Assembly: GCA_904063045.1 (NCBI GenBank)
Contig: CAJFCJ010000021.1
Span: forward strand, 744,001 to 808,000
Length of the DNA stretch: 64,000 bases
Origin: Dimorphilus gyrociliatus
Lineage: Eukaryota; Animalia; Annelida
Direction of reading: 5' to 3'
Shown: piece by piece, positions 39,438 to 51,510 of the stretch
Numbering within the stretch: position 1 is the stretch's first letter
Layout of the letters: every line of letters starts with the position of its first letter
Notes under the pieces: generated by a model
Told to the model about the DNA's origin: nothing
What the model saw: the letters and a program-made list of their open reading frames with translations, nothing else
Database searches by the model: none
Made by a program: the position numbers and the translations under genes

Positions 39438-40659
39438 TTTAAAACTATAATATACGCAAACTCTCCAGCTCCCTCTTCTGACTCCAACTTTTGTTTACGA
39501 ACTAATTTTCAAATACTACTCATTAAACTATCCAGTATCTCTTTAGAAATCGGTCCAAGTACAAATTACTCTTCCTCTCTCCCCTCTCTCTCTCTCCATT
39601 TCTATTATATATACAGTATGTATACTCTAATTTATTCATGCATCTATAATTTTTCTTCATAATGCCATTCCGGGAAAATTGACTTTTATCAAACTTGAAA
39701 ATTAACGCCGTCTTTAAATCGAAATAAGATTTACGGTTTTTTGTAATAAAAGACATGGAGAAAATAATCTAGAAGCAATTAAATCTAGGTAACTTCTTTC
39801 CTCATTACCATCAAAAGAACCATTGCATAAGAATTCATTTAAAAGATCTTCTGTACTGTTATCCATAAAAAAGAGAATTGTTATAGTTTTTCATTCAAAG
39901 TGTAAATGTTGTCTTGTAGTACATGCTTACTTTTGTTGAAGGATATACTAGGTAACACTAATTACACTGCTAATAACTGGTTTCATATACTTCATTCATA
40001 TACATAATTATAGTTTTTTTGGTAATGTATTAGTGTTATATATTCTCTTTTTCGTCAGAGTTAAAGTAGGAATGTTAAGTATTTTATCGTGTAATTTCTA
40101 ATTAGTACAACAATTAAAAAGTAGGTATCTCTTTTCCTAATTCTTCGTATCAGTTATTATACTGATTTGTAACTTTTCGACAAAGTTTTACCTTACTTCT
40201 AGATGTCGTTAGCTGTTTGATTAATTCTAATGCTATGAATAATAATTTTACATTACATTAGAGAAGCTTACTTTTTCCAATATTGAATTTATGAATAAAT
40301 TAGTTAGGTTACTATCCAAAGTATAAGGTAACGTCAATACTATTAAATAGATACGATATTTGATAGATCGTATAAATGAGCTACAAGTATTTTCAACATA
40401 TTGCTATATAATTGCTTATGAAAAGAAAACAGTATGATAAGAATATTCGCAGCGTAGTATATATTAGATTATATACAGTAAATGTCTAAAATATCCGGAC
40501 ACCGTAAAGTTTGATAGGCCTTTATAAAAAAAGATTTTTTTTGCTTGTTGTTTAGCAATGAAATGTTGGGTGAAACTCGGATCTATATATAAATTTCTAT
40601 CAAATAGTATTTAGATAAGTTTTTACTTCATTTTTTTTTGTTTTTCTATTGTTTATTTT

Positions 40660-40960
40660 TTTAAGAGTTTTCTTCTTATTTGGCCATAAGTCATATTATT
40701 CCGGACAATGGTTTGGGGACCAAAAGTTGTATCATTTCTGAATTTGACAACCCTCTTTTTCAATGCACTTACTCTTCCCTGCAATCACCCTTTCCTTGTT
40801 TCTTTTAAGCCTCTTCATGATCCTACTCATTCCTGCTATATCTCTTTCTGTGAGACTCTTAGGACAACCTCTATTCTCTTGTCTGAGTGGCTTATATTTT
40901 AAAATATCGTTTACTGTAGATGGTGCCATTTCCTTAATTTTCTATAATTGTGGATTATTA
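40660..40960 (-). mobile_element. Degenerate Tc1/mariner transposase N-terminal (HTH) fragment
   Basis: ORF 40732-40929 reads PSTVNDILK...RGCPKSLTERDIAGMSRIMK, resembling the Tc1 pattern STVxxI...RxGRPxxLTxRDxRxIxRxxK. No DDE domain or terminal inverted repeats were seen. Confidence 0.4.
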
Positions 40961-42297
40961 GATTCCTAACCTCTTTACTCCATACCATAATTAAATAAAT
41001 GATATAAAAATTGTATAATGTAGGTAAAATGGATAATAAGTAACAAAATAATAAATTTAAAACTTATGGCGTCCGGATGTTTTAGACCTTTACTTTATCC
41101 TATATTGAACAGCTCTTGAACTAAATGGAATCGTTAGTAGACTAATTGAAAATGACAAACTTATACATTTATACAGTGCCTGTAGTTTATTTTTGAAATT
41201 TTCTTTTCAACTTGAACCTTTTTGTCTTGAAATATAAATATAGATTCTTTTAGTATCTCTTTTGCTAGATGTCGCTACTGGCGATGATTTACCGTTTATT
41301 GACATCTTTGAAAAGAAAACACTTGATAAGAGTTTAAAACATAAACAAAAGAAGTAATATTTTTTCCAAATTCTAGTTCAAAACACTGTTCAAATTTCAC
41401 ACAAATACGGGAAGTAAGCTATAGTAACTTTTATCAATTCAAATTCTTGTTTTTATTATTGCGTTTGTTTTGTATTGATTTTAATAGAATTGAATGAAGT
41501 ATAGTATATATATACAGTATATATTAAATTGAATTATACATGCTACTTTCGCTTTCGTCTTTTCGACGCAAATGAAACATTACACTCTTACCGTAATTGA
41601 ACGATGAAGTAAGCAACGAAAAGAGCTATTTTCAAACATATAGGCTGACTGCCGAATAGACTAGCATGTTAGATTGCTTATAAAGCTTATGATAAATGTT
41701 AGGCTGATAGAGTAATCATAGCGCTCTTTCCAGTCTGTGTGCAATTACTGAATATTCTAAACGCGATAATAGTTTGAACGCTTCTCCTCCTAAACAAGAT
41801 AAATAGCACTGATTTCAAATCATATATTAAATTCTTGAAGGAGATCATTTTGATTAGAAAGTAAGCCTATTCCAATTCTTCCTAAATGATATCATCATCA
41901 CAGATACATTGAACAATCATTGACCTTTGCTTGAATGATTATTATTATTAAAAAAATATAAGATATTATCAGTTTTTTTAAGTTAACCGTGTAAAATAGT
42001 CAATATGCTCTTTTAATTGTTAAAGGTGTGAATTGTATCCTTACGAAAACCTTATCTTGACAATTTATCTGTAATTCTTTCCGCCGCTTGTCTAAGACTA
42101 CTTCCGATTAATCAGGCCTATACTAATACAAGTTTTCAGCATATATACTGTAGATAATGGTTAATTATATATTTTGAATACTGAAATAAACAAATTATGA
42201 AATTAACAAATAAGAGAAAAATAGGTTCATATTGTTTTATAGAGAACGCGAATAAAAATAAATAGACAAACAAACAAATATTTAGCTGTTCAAAATT

Positions 42298-43717
42298 TTA
42301 TACTTGAAAGAAATCCGTATAAAACTTCATAGATTCTTGAATTTTCTCTTCAGATAGACCGTATTCTTTTAAATTATACTTTGATTTTCCGGTCTTTTTC
42401 TCATAATTATCTAAGTATACTTTCATCTTTTCTTTACTGCTGTTCGTCAAAGTCATATCTAAATCTTTATATAAATCTTCAACAACTTTCATTGGAGTTT
42501 TAATTAGATCTTTAAATTGTATATCAATAAATCTCTTGAATTCGTCAGTTTTAAATTGGTTACTCTTTCGCCAATTGACCAATTTTTTACCGTCCTCTGT
42601 CGCTCCTTTCAATACTCTTCTACCAAATCCAACTCTATCGTTATTGAAATGTCTACGACAGGATCTCGACATTACTCTAACAAGTTCGCAAGCAGATTTT
42701 ATCTGACCAACAGGATCTCTGTGTATCGTGATAAACTGAGCGTCGGGGAATGCTTTTATCAAAGATTCCAGATTAACTGGAGTGACGTGATGCATGGTAA
42801 GAAGTCTCCTTCTATCCATATCTATTTAATGGAACGGAGGGAAAGTTACTTTTAATATCAATGAATTTGAATGAAAAGTAGAATTACTTACTTGCATTCT
42901 TACAAATCATCTGTAGACGTAGTTTTAAGTTTTCGTCATAAAGATCGCTATTCTTCTTAGAGGGATTGCTGAAATACTTTGTAAATTCTCCTTCCATACC
43001 TTCGTGAATTAGGTTTGATACGATAAAATTGAAATCGGAATAAATATTAAATATTAAATCTTCGGGATTATGCGGATCGAGAGAATGGTATTTTTTAATG
43101 TCGTTCCAACCCATAAGCACTGATGATACATCTATTAATCGTTTATAAATATTTATTATTAATACCTTGTATTATTATATAAAAGCAAACTACGCAAAAT
43201 ATTTACCCCATTTGAATTTGCAATAGGCTATTCTTCTCTTATCTTCTTCCGCATTATCTCCTGGTGAAGGAGCGCAATCTTCAAGTTCCCACAGCTCGGG
43301 GCATTTCCAATTTTCGTCTTGATTCATCAAATGATGAAGAAATGTACTTCCTGTTCTTATAAGAGTCAAAATGAAGACTGGCCTCTTAATTGGTACTTGA
43401 CTGACTGTCGGATCCATTTTCAAGTATTTCTTTACTCTAACGTGCAATTCCATAAGTTGAGTAAGCCATACTCTAAGAAAGTATTGTCCAGAGAGAGGAA
43501 TAATATTATTTGCAGTAGAGTTTTCAATAAATACTAAACAATTGTTTCTAAGATAATCAGTTTGGAGAAATTCTGATTTGGCTTCCTTAGATAAAGAACT
43601 GCAAATTCCTTCAAAAGTTAATGGTGTCAATTTCAAGCCAAATTTCCCAACTAAATCTCCAATAAAATCAATAAAAACTTTCAAACAGAGTATAATAAAA
43701 CGAAATATGATATTCAT
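42298..43717 (-). CDS. Sulfotransferase copy 2. Exons 43207-43717, 42892-43131, 42298-42821
   Basis: RPVFILTLIRTGST, CPELWELE, FPDAQFITIHRDPVGQIKS. GT-AG junctions with phases 1,1. Confidence 0.9.
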
Positions 43718-46150
43718 TTTCTTTTTCCTTTACTTTCCTTCTTCTTTCTCTCTTTTTCAACTTTCTTTCTAACTTTCTTTTCAGTTTGAACTAAGAGAAA
43801 CGATTGCCTTTTATTCTCTTGCCTCTTCTTTGACTTTTCTTTACTCTTCTAACTGTTTTTCGCACTTACATTCATATATATATAGGAAAATATTCTCAAA
43901 AAGTTTTCATTGGCTAATTAATAGAGGTCATGCCGTGCTCATAGTACTTTATCTATTTAATAGTTTTTCTTTATTATATCTTTAATTATCCTAAGAAGGC
44001 TAGGACGTTCTAATCTGTTAACCTCTTATATTAGTAGTACTGTGTAGCGGATGGATTAATAAATGAACACATATATACTGTATATATACAATATATTAAT
44101 ATTGTATAAAATGAATACTAACATGTACGTGTATATTCTGTATGTTATTTCCAAGTTTAGAAATTTAGTAGGTTCTTAATTTCATACATAAACTATGTAG
44201 TTTCATTTTTTACGATTCAATCTTCCTCTCACTCTGCCCCATCGCCTTTCCTCTCCCCCTCCTCCCTCCCTCCCTCCCTCCATATCTCTGTCTCTCCGTC
44301 TTTCTATGCCTAAAATATATATATTAAAAATTAACGCTTATTTTCATTTTCACGTATCTTAATCCTACGAAATTATTTACATAAATTTTGAAAGTTTTAT
44401 CAAACTTACAATCAATTATATCAAAATTTAAGTAAATAACTTACTGTAAGATGTCACTTTGAACCTTTAATTTTTATCAAAAATCTCTTAATTAAACTTA
44501 AAAGTACATATCAGAGGTGAACGAATGAATAATTTATGAAAATATATTTTTTTTAAAAAAAAACTTTTTTCTCTTTTCATTTAACTTTTCTTTCATTAGA
44601 AAAGGGTTAGATATTTATTCAATCGATATACCGAGTATAAGGAGGATACTATACGCACGGTGATTATTTTATTATTAGCATTATTAGGGAATTTTTCTAC
44701 ATTTTCTTGTAGGCTAATTAAATAGAAGTAACTAATTAGTAATTAATTAATTAATATGTTAATATGTTAATAACAACTTAAAGAAACAGATTTACAATTA
44801 TTTCGATCTTTTTTCACTTTTACTCATTTTACGTATTCGTAAACAAGGGAAAGATATACTTGTATATATTTACTAAGAGCGTCTCTTTTCCTTAAAACGC
44901 TTAATAATAAATTAATAATTAAAAGGATATAAAAGTATCACTTGCTGACTAGCTGTTACTGACCTCTTTCAATGTTAGAAAGAGTGTAAAGGTCAAAAAG
45001 AATAAAAGAAAAAAAATACTCTATTAGCATAATATTAAGCCTCATTTCTTGAAATGCTCTCAAAATCAATTGTTATGTTCTTTTATGGAAAATCAACAAT
45101 GTAATCTTCTCTTTGTGTTTCTACTAGTCAAAATAATAAAAACAATCTAAGTAATACATTGACTGAACGAAAAGCAAAATATCTCCAGCCTATATTTACA
45201 TTCATCTCAAGAGCGAAGAGCCAGACAGATTAGCTAAGGTAAAAGTTTTATGATTAGTGTTCCAGTCAGTTTTACGTTACATACTGTATATTACGATATC
45301 ATCATTATAAAACAATCTTCCGTCATATCTCTCATACTAAAAGAGATAGTCACAAGAAGCAATATCTAGACTACTGTCTCTCTTAGTACTAGATCTCTTC
45401 CTTTTCTATCCTAGTATGGGATATTTAAAGTGAATATATATTTTATGCTAATTATAAATTAGTACTCTATTAGAATCTTAAAAATTTCATTTGCATTTCC
45501 ATATTCTTCAATCTCCTCAAACTTAATGATTCATTGATATAATAAATAAATGTCTACATAATAATTCATTCATCCGTTTATAAATCTATTTATTTCACTT
45601 ACCTTGAGCATATGAAGTCTAGCCTTTAAAATTTTTGTTCAAAACCAAAAGAATGTTCCAAATAAGAAATAATCTTATCAGTAATAGGTTGTTGCGTTGA
45701 AAAGCATCTCCCTTAACAGTTAGTACCAAAATCAAAAATGATAAACCGTATCAAAACACAGTCTAGGCTTATATTTATATAATTATAAACAAAGAAATAT
45801 ATAAACAAACTAAATTCCATTGCAAGTTCACTGTTGTGTATTTTTTATCTTATTATAAAGTATCACAAAGCGCTAATCTCTTATCCCATAAAGAAATCCT
45901 CTTCAGATATTTTTCTATTTCTGAAACTCAACTTTCACTTATTAAATTCAACAGATTTTTCTGTTGAAATCAGAAATATCCTAATAAAAATTTGACGAGC
46001 CTCTTTTAGTGTTTTAAAAGGTAAACTTTTAAAACAATTCTATTAACAAGAATACCCGAGAGAATATGATAATTATACTGTACATAGAATACATAAATAA
46101 CCATATAATTCTAATAATTAAACAATTACATACAATACAAGAAACAATAT

Positions 46151-47548
46151 TTATAATTTAACATTGAAATAGTCTATATAATACTTTAGAGAATCTCTCA
46201 CATAATCTTCAGTTAATCCGTAATCGAACAATTTCGATACTTTAGTATTCTTTGTTGATTTTGTGTGATCGTTTAAAAAGTTCAGCATATTCACTTTTGC
46301 TTCTTGATCTAATGTCATATCCAGTTTTTTGTAAATGTACTCTACTGTACCGATTGGATCTTCAATTAAATCTTTAAATTGAACGTCGATAAACCTTTCG
46401 AAATCTTTGGCTTGCAATTTTGGATCTTCCCTCCATTTAATCATTCTTTTAGTATCTCTTAAAACGGCTTTGAACACTCTTCTTCCATAACCAACATTGT
46501 CGCTTGCAAAGATTCTTTTCGTCGACTGTGTATTTACTTTAATCAATTCGCAAGCCGATTTAATTTGATTCGCCGGATCTCTGTGCAAGGTAATTATTTG
46601 AGCATCTGGAAATGTTTCCAATAAGCTTTCCATATGAACTGGAAAAGTGTGTATCATCGTTAAAAGTCGTCTCCTTTCCATATCTGTTCAAGAGATTTTG
46701 TATTTTTATTAATTAAAATAGGATTCCTTTTTTTTAACGTACCAGAATTTCTGCAGATCATTTGGAGCCGAGTTTTCAGATTGCGATCGTAAATATTTTG
46801 AAGAGACTCCTTCGGATTACAAACGAAATCCATATAAACACCTTCGACGTATTCATGCATTAGTGCTGTTTGAACCATAGCGAAATCGGTATGGTATAAA
46901 ATTAATAAATCTTCAGGGTTTCTTGCATTAAATTTATGTACTTTATTAATATCGTTCCAACCCATTAGGACCGATGTTATATCTGTTTAAAATTAATAAC
47001 CGTTAGAATTTAGATACTTTCGTATTTTCACTCGTTTTCTTACCCCATTTTAGGGCGCTTTTCTTAATTCTTCTCTCGTCATCGAAGCCACCCGGTGGTG
47101 GGGCGCAATCTTCTAATTCCCATAATTCGGGACATCTCCACTTTTTATCTTGAGACATAAGATGATGAAGGTGAGTACTTCCCGTTCTCCATAGAGTAAC
47201 AAAAAACACTGGACGACGGAAAGGAACTCTATAAATTGAAGGATCCTCCTTAAGACATCTATTAATTCTTACTCTCATTTCTAAAAGATTCGTAGCCCAG
47301 ATTTTAAAAAAGAACTGAGCGCTTAAAGGAACACGATTTCCCGCCGTAAAATATTTTGTAAACATTTTTAAATTGTCTTGAACATAGACTGCCTTCATTA
47401 ATTCAGTTTTAGCGGGTTTAGAGAGACTTCTAACCAAACTATCATAGCTGAGAAGAGAAACTTTTAATCCGAATGCGTGGAAAATATCCCCAATTAAATC
47501 AACTATAAATTTTAGCGATAATATCAAAAATCTTAATAAGATGTTCAT
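46151..47548 (-). CDS. Sulfotransferase copy 3. Exons 47044-47548, 46743-46982, 46151-46683
   Basis: RPVFFVTLWRTGST, CPELWELE, FPDAQIITLHRDPANQIKS. The 240-nt middle exon has the same length as in copy 2. Confidence 0.9.
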
Positions 47549-48291
47549 GTTGACGGTCTGACTTTCTTAAGATGATTTGATTTCAGTTTTCTCTGTTTCC
47601 CTTTTATAGTGTCATTATCTTATCTGCATATTCGCACAATTACATTGTGATAAGCATAATTTGTATAGTTTTATCACTTATTTAACATTAAATTATGATG
47701 ATTTTAGTTGAAATGTTTAATTAATTTACCTATTGATTGAAAGATTTTTAAACTCTAATAAAAGATTTTCAATAAACGGTTAATTAAACCTTTGAAATTT
47801 AATGAAAAACTCAACATTTCCCAAGAAATCTTTAATAAAATTCACTAAATTAATTGCAATTAACAAAAATATCAGTCCTTTAATGATCTTTCATTAATTA
47901 ATAAACTATTAATTAACATGTTCAGATGCATTTTGGATAGAAAGTGTAAATGTCCTGCCGGTTGTACTTATCGTAGTACTCAGATACCGATTAAGTATGT
48001 AGATTCCTGAGAAAATAGTACACTGTCACCGCTGTTCAACTAAGTTTAAATCGTGATTAATGACTAGTTTTGTTAAGCATTTATTTAGCCTTAAATCCTG
48101 TCGCTAATAAACCTCTTTGAATTGTTTGTTTTGCTATTTAATAGGCGGAAATTAATATCAATATACAAAATATTTTATGGAGTATTTTACGTTGTCAATA
48201 AATATAACAATATGAATATTCATTTTTCTTTGTTTTCAATCAAGTTGAGACTTTAAGAATATTTCTTATTTCTCAACTTTCATTCCTCTAT

Positions 48292-48753
48292 TTATTTCTT
48301 TATTGGAAGACTTTTTTTAATAATATTCAATAGATTTTCAACTTCGTTATCCGTTAATCTCTCTTCGCATTCTTCAATTAATAGTTGAATTTCTACTTGA
48401 CTTGTAGGTCTCAGATTGAGAATTTGCAATTTTTCGCATTTAGTCAAATTAAACTTGTCAATTTTCTGAGAAAATCGTAAATATTAGACATTTTCTTTCG
48501 TAGTTATTATATTAATTCTTTATTATATTCCATTAATAGATCTTACCTTTAAAAATTTATTTATCATTTCATTCGTTTGGTGAATTATTGGGGTTTGTTC
48601 CAAAAATTTTATACTTGTATAACAAACGGACGACAAGTTCTTTTGTTTAGCGGATGGCTTCTTCTGACCATTAGAGCCATTTTGAATATCGTTTAAATGA
48701 TTTAAAACTTCGTAATTGCTAACGAAACTTGAGTTTCCATCGAGAACTTCCAT
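48292..48753 (-). CDS. CRCP: RNA polymerase III subunit RPC9 / CGRP receptor component. Exons 48547-48753, 48292-48465
   Basis: MEVLDGNSSFVSNYEV, QKNLSSVCY, LTKCEKLQILNLRPTSQVEIQLLIEECEERLT match CRCP/RPC9. Confidence 0.92.
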
Positions 48754-49091
48754 TTATTACTGCTTTAGCCTTCTTCCCTTTTTTCTCTATTTCTCTACTG
48801 TTTATTTTTCCCTTTAGTTAATTACAATACATTTAATTTGGAATGACTATTTTACTATCGATACTTGCACTAACCAGGGCTTGTTAACTTACTTTTTTGC
48901 TAAATCAGCTCTATTAAAGAGCGATAATTGATTAATTGCACTCTACTAAAAAACCACGCTTCTGCCATACTTGTTTTCTCTTCACTATTTCCCGCCATAA
49001 GTTAATTGCATGGAATATTCTTATTCTAGAACAGATGTTGTATATAGTTGAAAAATTACAATATCTTGGTTTATTTAATTATTTAAGTAAG

Positions 49092-49122
<31 letters not shown>

Positions 49123-49367
49123 TACATATTTTCAGACTATTATTAAGAAGAAAAGAAACACGAAAAGCTCCATTTGAAACATTTAAGCTATGTTCATAAA
49201 CTTTCATATTGGATATTGTTTTCCTATTCAAATACTAGTTGAAACAAATGAACAAACAAATAGCAAATACCGATGATTATATATAAACATTTTGAATAAA
49301 ATTAAAGTTTTTTATATATATTATTCTTCAAATAATTTAGAAAATGTTAATAAACAATGAGAACTTT

Positions 49368-51479
49368 TTATTCGTACCATTTTCTTTTGAACGATTCTTG
49401 AACACTGATTTTCGATTTAATTAATTTAGATAGTTTCTTGAATTCTGATATATAATTATATTTAGTATTTTGAAATTTACTATTATACAATTCAATAGCT
49501 TCCGGTAAAAATCCAAATAATTTATAGAACATTTCAAACAGATTTGAATTTTCATCGTTTGATAACAATTCAATATAATTTAATATATTTTCATTATCTA
49601 TAAATAGATTATTGAGAATGGTTTCGTATTCCAGTTGGATTGAACAGCTCTCAGGCAGCTCTTCATCATCATTCTTCTCCTTTAAAGATGCGAAATGTCT
49701 ATTCAAATTACAATACAATTGAAGGATGCAGTTTGAAACAATTTCATAATAATTGAATATAGTTTCTTCTCTATCAACTTCTAAAACAGTTGTATAAGTT
49801 GGAAATGTTCCATTTGAATAATAATATTTAGCCGATAAACTGGTTCTTGACTTTCCATCCTCCAAAAAGAACTTATTTACATTATTGAATAAATTATAAT
49901 TAATTAAATAATAAGGTGTATATAATGAATTGAAATTTTTCAATTGGATAGGTAAAACTTCATTTACATAAATTATATTTTCTTTCAATCCAAAAGGCCA
50001 AAAACTTTTATTATGACTTTTTATGGTTTGTCCTTGAAATTCTTCAATAACCTTTGATTTATCCTTGAATGTATAACTTTTAACTATAAATGATCTTTTC
50101 TGTACAAACAAACAAATAAACAAATAAACAAATAAACAATAGAAATTATAATACGTCTACCTGAGATTTTGAACAAATTTCAACCAAATAATAATAAGGC
50201 CTAATTGAATTTTGTTGGCTTATAATAAAGGTATAGAATAAAGATTGTTGTTCCTTTTATGTTAATTAATTAAATTAGGTCAAGGTATTTTCGTATAAAA
50301 GTAATAATATATTTACATAAATTTTTGATAAATTTCTAAAAGAATCTTGCCTGAAAGGATTATTTTCGTAAAAACTCTCAAGAACTTTACTTATTCTTAT
50401 AGCATTTGTCCAATCCTAGTTCAGATGGCAAAGTGTGAAAAGAATCGATGAGAATATTCTATCAATAATATTGAAATTACCTTTCCAAGAGAGAGAGACT
50501 CTATACTCGATTGTAAATCTCTTAGAATCTTATCAACAGTTGGTGTGTCCGTTAATAAGCAATTGTTTAAAATTTGGCTGTAATCTCTCGAAGTTAGAAT
50601 GGAAAAGGCTTTCTCGACGAAATTGTTTGAACGATGATGTATATCGAATATTTCTGTAAGCATTCTTTCGCGTAGATATTCACTTTTTGTGATTTTTCTC
50701 TAAGGATTTATCAAGTATTCAATAACTTGTGCTAATAGATAAACATTCAAATAACCAGACTTACCAGATAATCGCAAGAGATTAATGGAAATAAATCCAA
50801 TTGGTTAAAAGCATACTTTAAACTATATTTATAATTAATAATTCCATCGATAATTCTATAGAAAGTTTCTTTTAAATCTTTAATTAAGTTTTGTTCCAAA
50901 TCTAGTCCATATTCTAATTCAAATCTGAATCGGAAGTTGTTAAAAAACAATCAATCAATCATCTTTTTATCTCTTGACTTACTGAACTAGCCAATTTTCA
51001 GGTTGTTTGTAAATACTGTTGTCTTTTGTTATTATATCGAATAAATCTTCAGCAATTTTATCTTCAATCTACAAACATATACATCTCGTATAGATAGATA
51101 GACGTCTTAGTAATTTATACCCTATTGAACGAATTGAATTGATAATATTCAATTTTAAAGATTCTTCTTAAAATTAATGTTGAAAGGCCACTTAACGTTT
51201 GATTAAAAGAGGCTTTTAGTAATAGTTTTAACGAATCAAGCTGATCAACCCCTTCATGGCGCTGTTGTTAATTTTCCATTAAAGTAGGCTTACATATTTA
51301 AGGTAAATTCTTACCTCCATAGTAGTAAAATTTTTCAAAATATTTGAAAAGATTTTCAAGCATTCCAATTGAAAAGTTTCGTAAATCTCTCTATTCTCTG
51401 TATCGTTGTTATTGGAATAAGAGAATATTTCGTAAAGGCACGTAGATATTTGTTTTAAACCCTTGTGTTATAGATATCA

Positions 51480-51510
<31 letters not shown>

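Noticed and set aside
41700-41900. Minus-strand peptide LSCLGGEAFKLLSRLEY, faintly like an LTR gag
   Set aside because: Too short and interrupted, with no LTR or pol evidence.
45947-45968. Perfect 9-bp hairpin downstream of SULT copy 3
   Set aside because: Short AT-rich inverted repeat, expected by chance.
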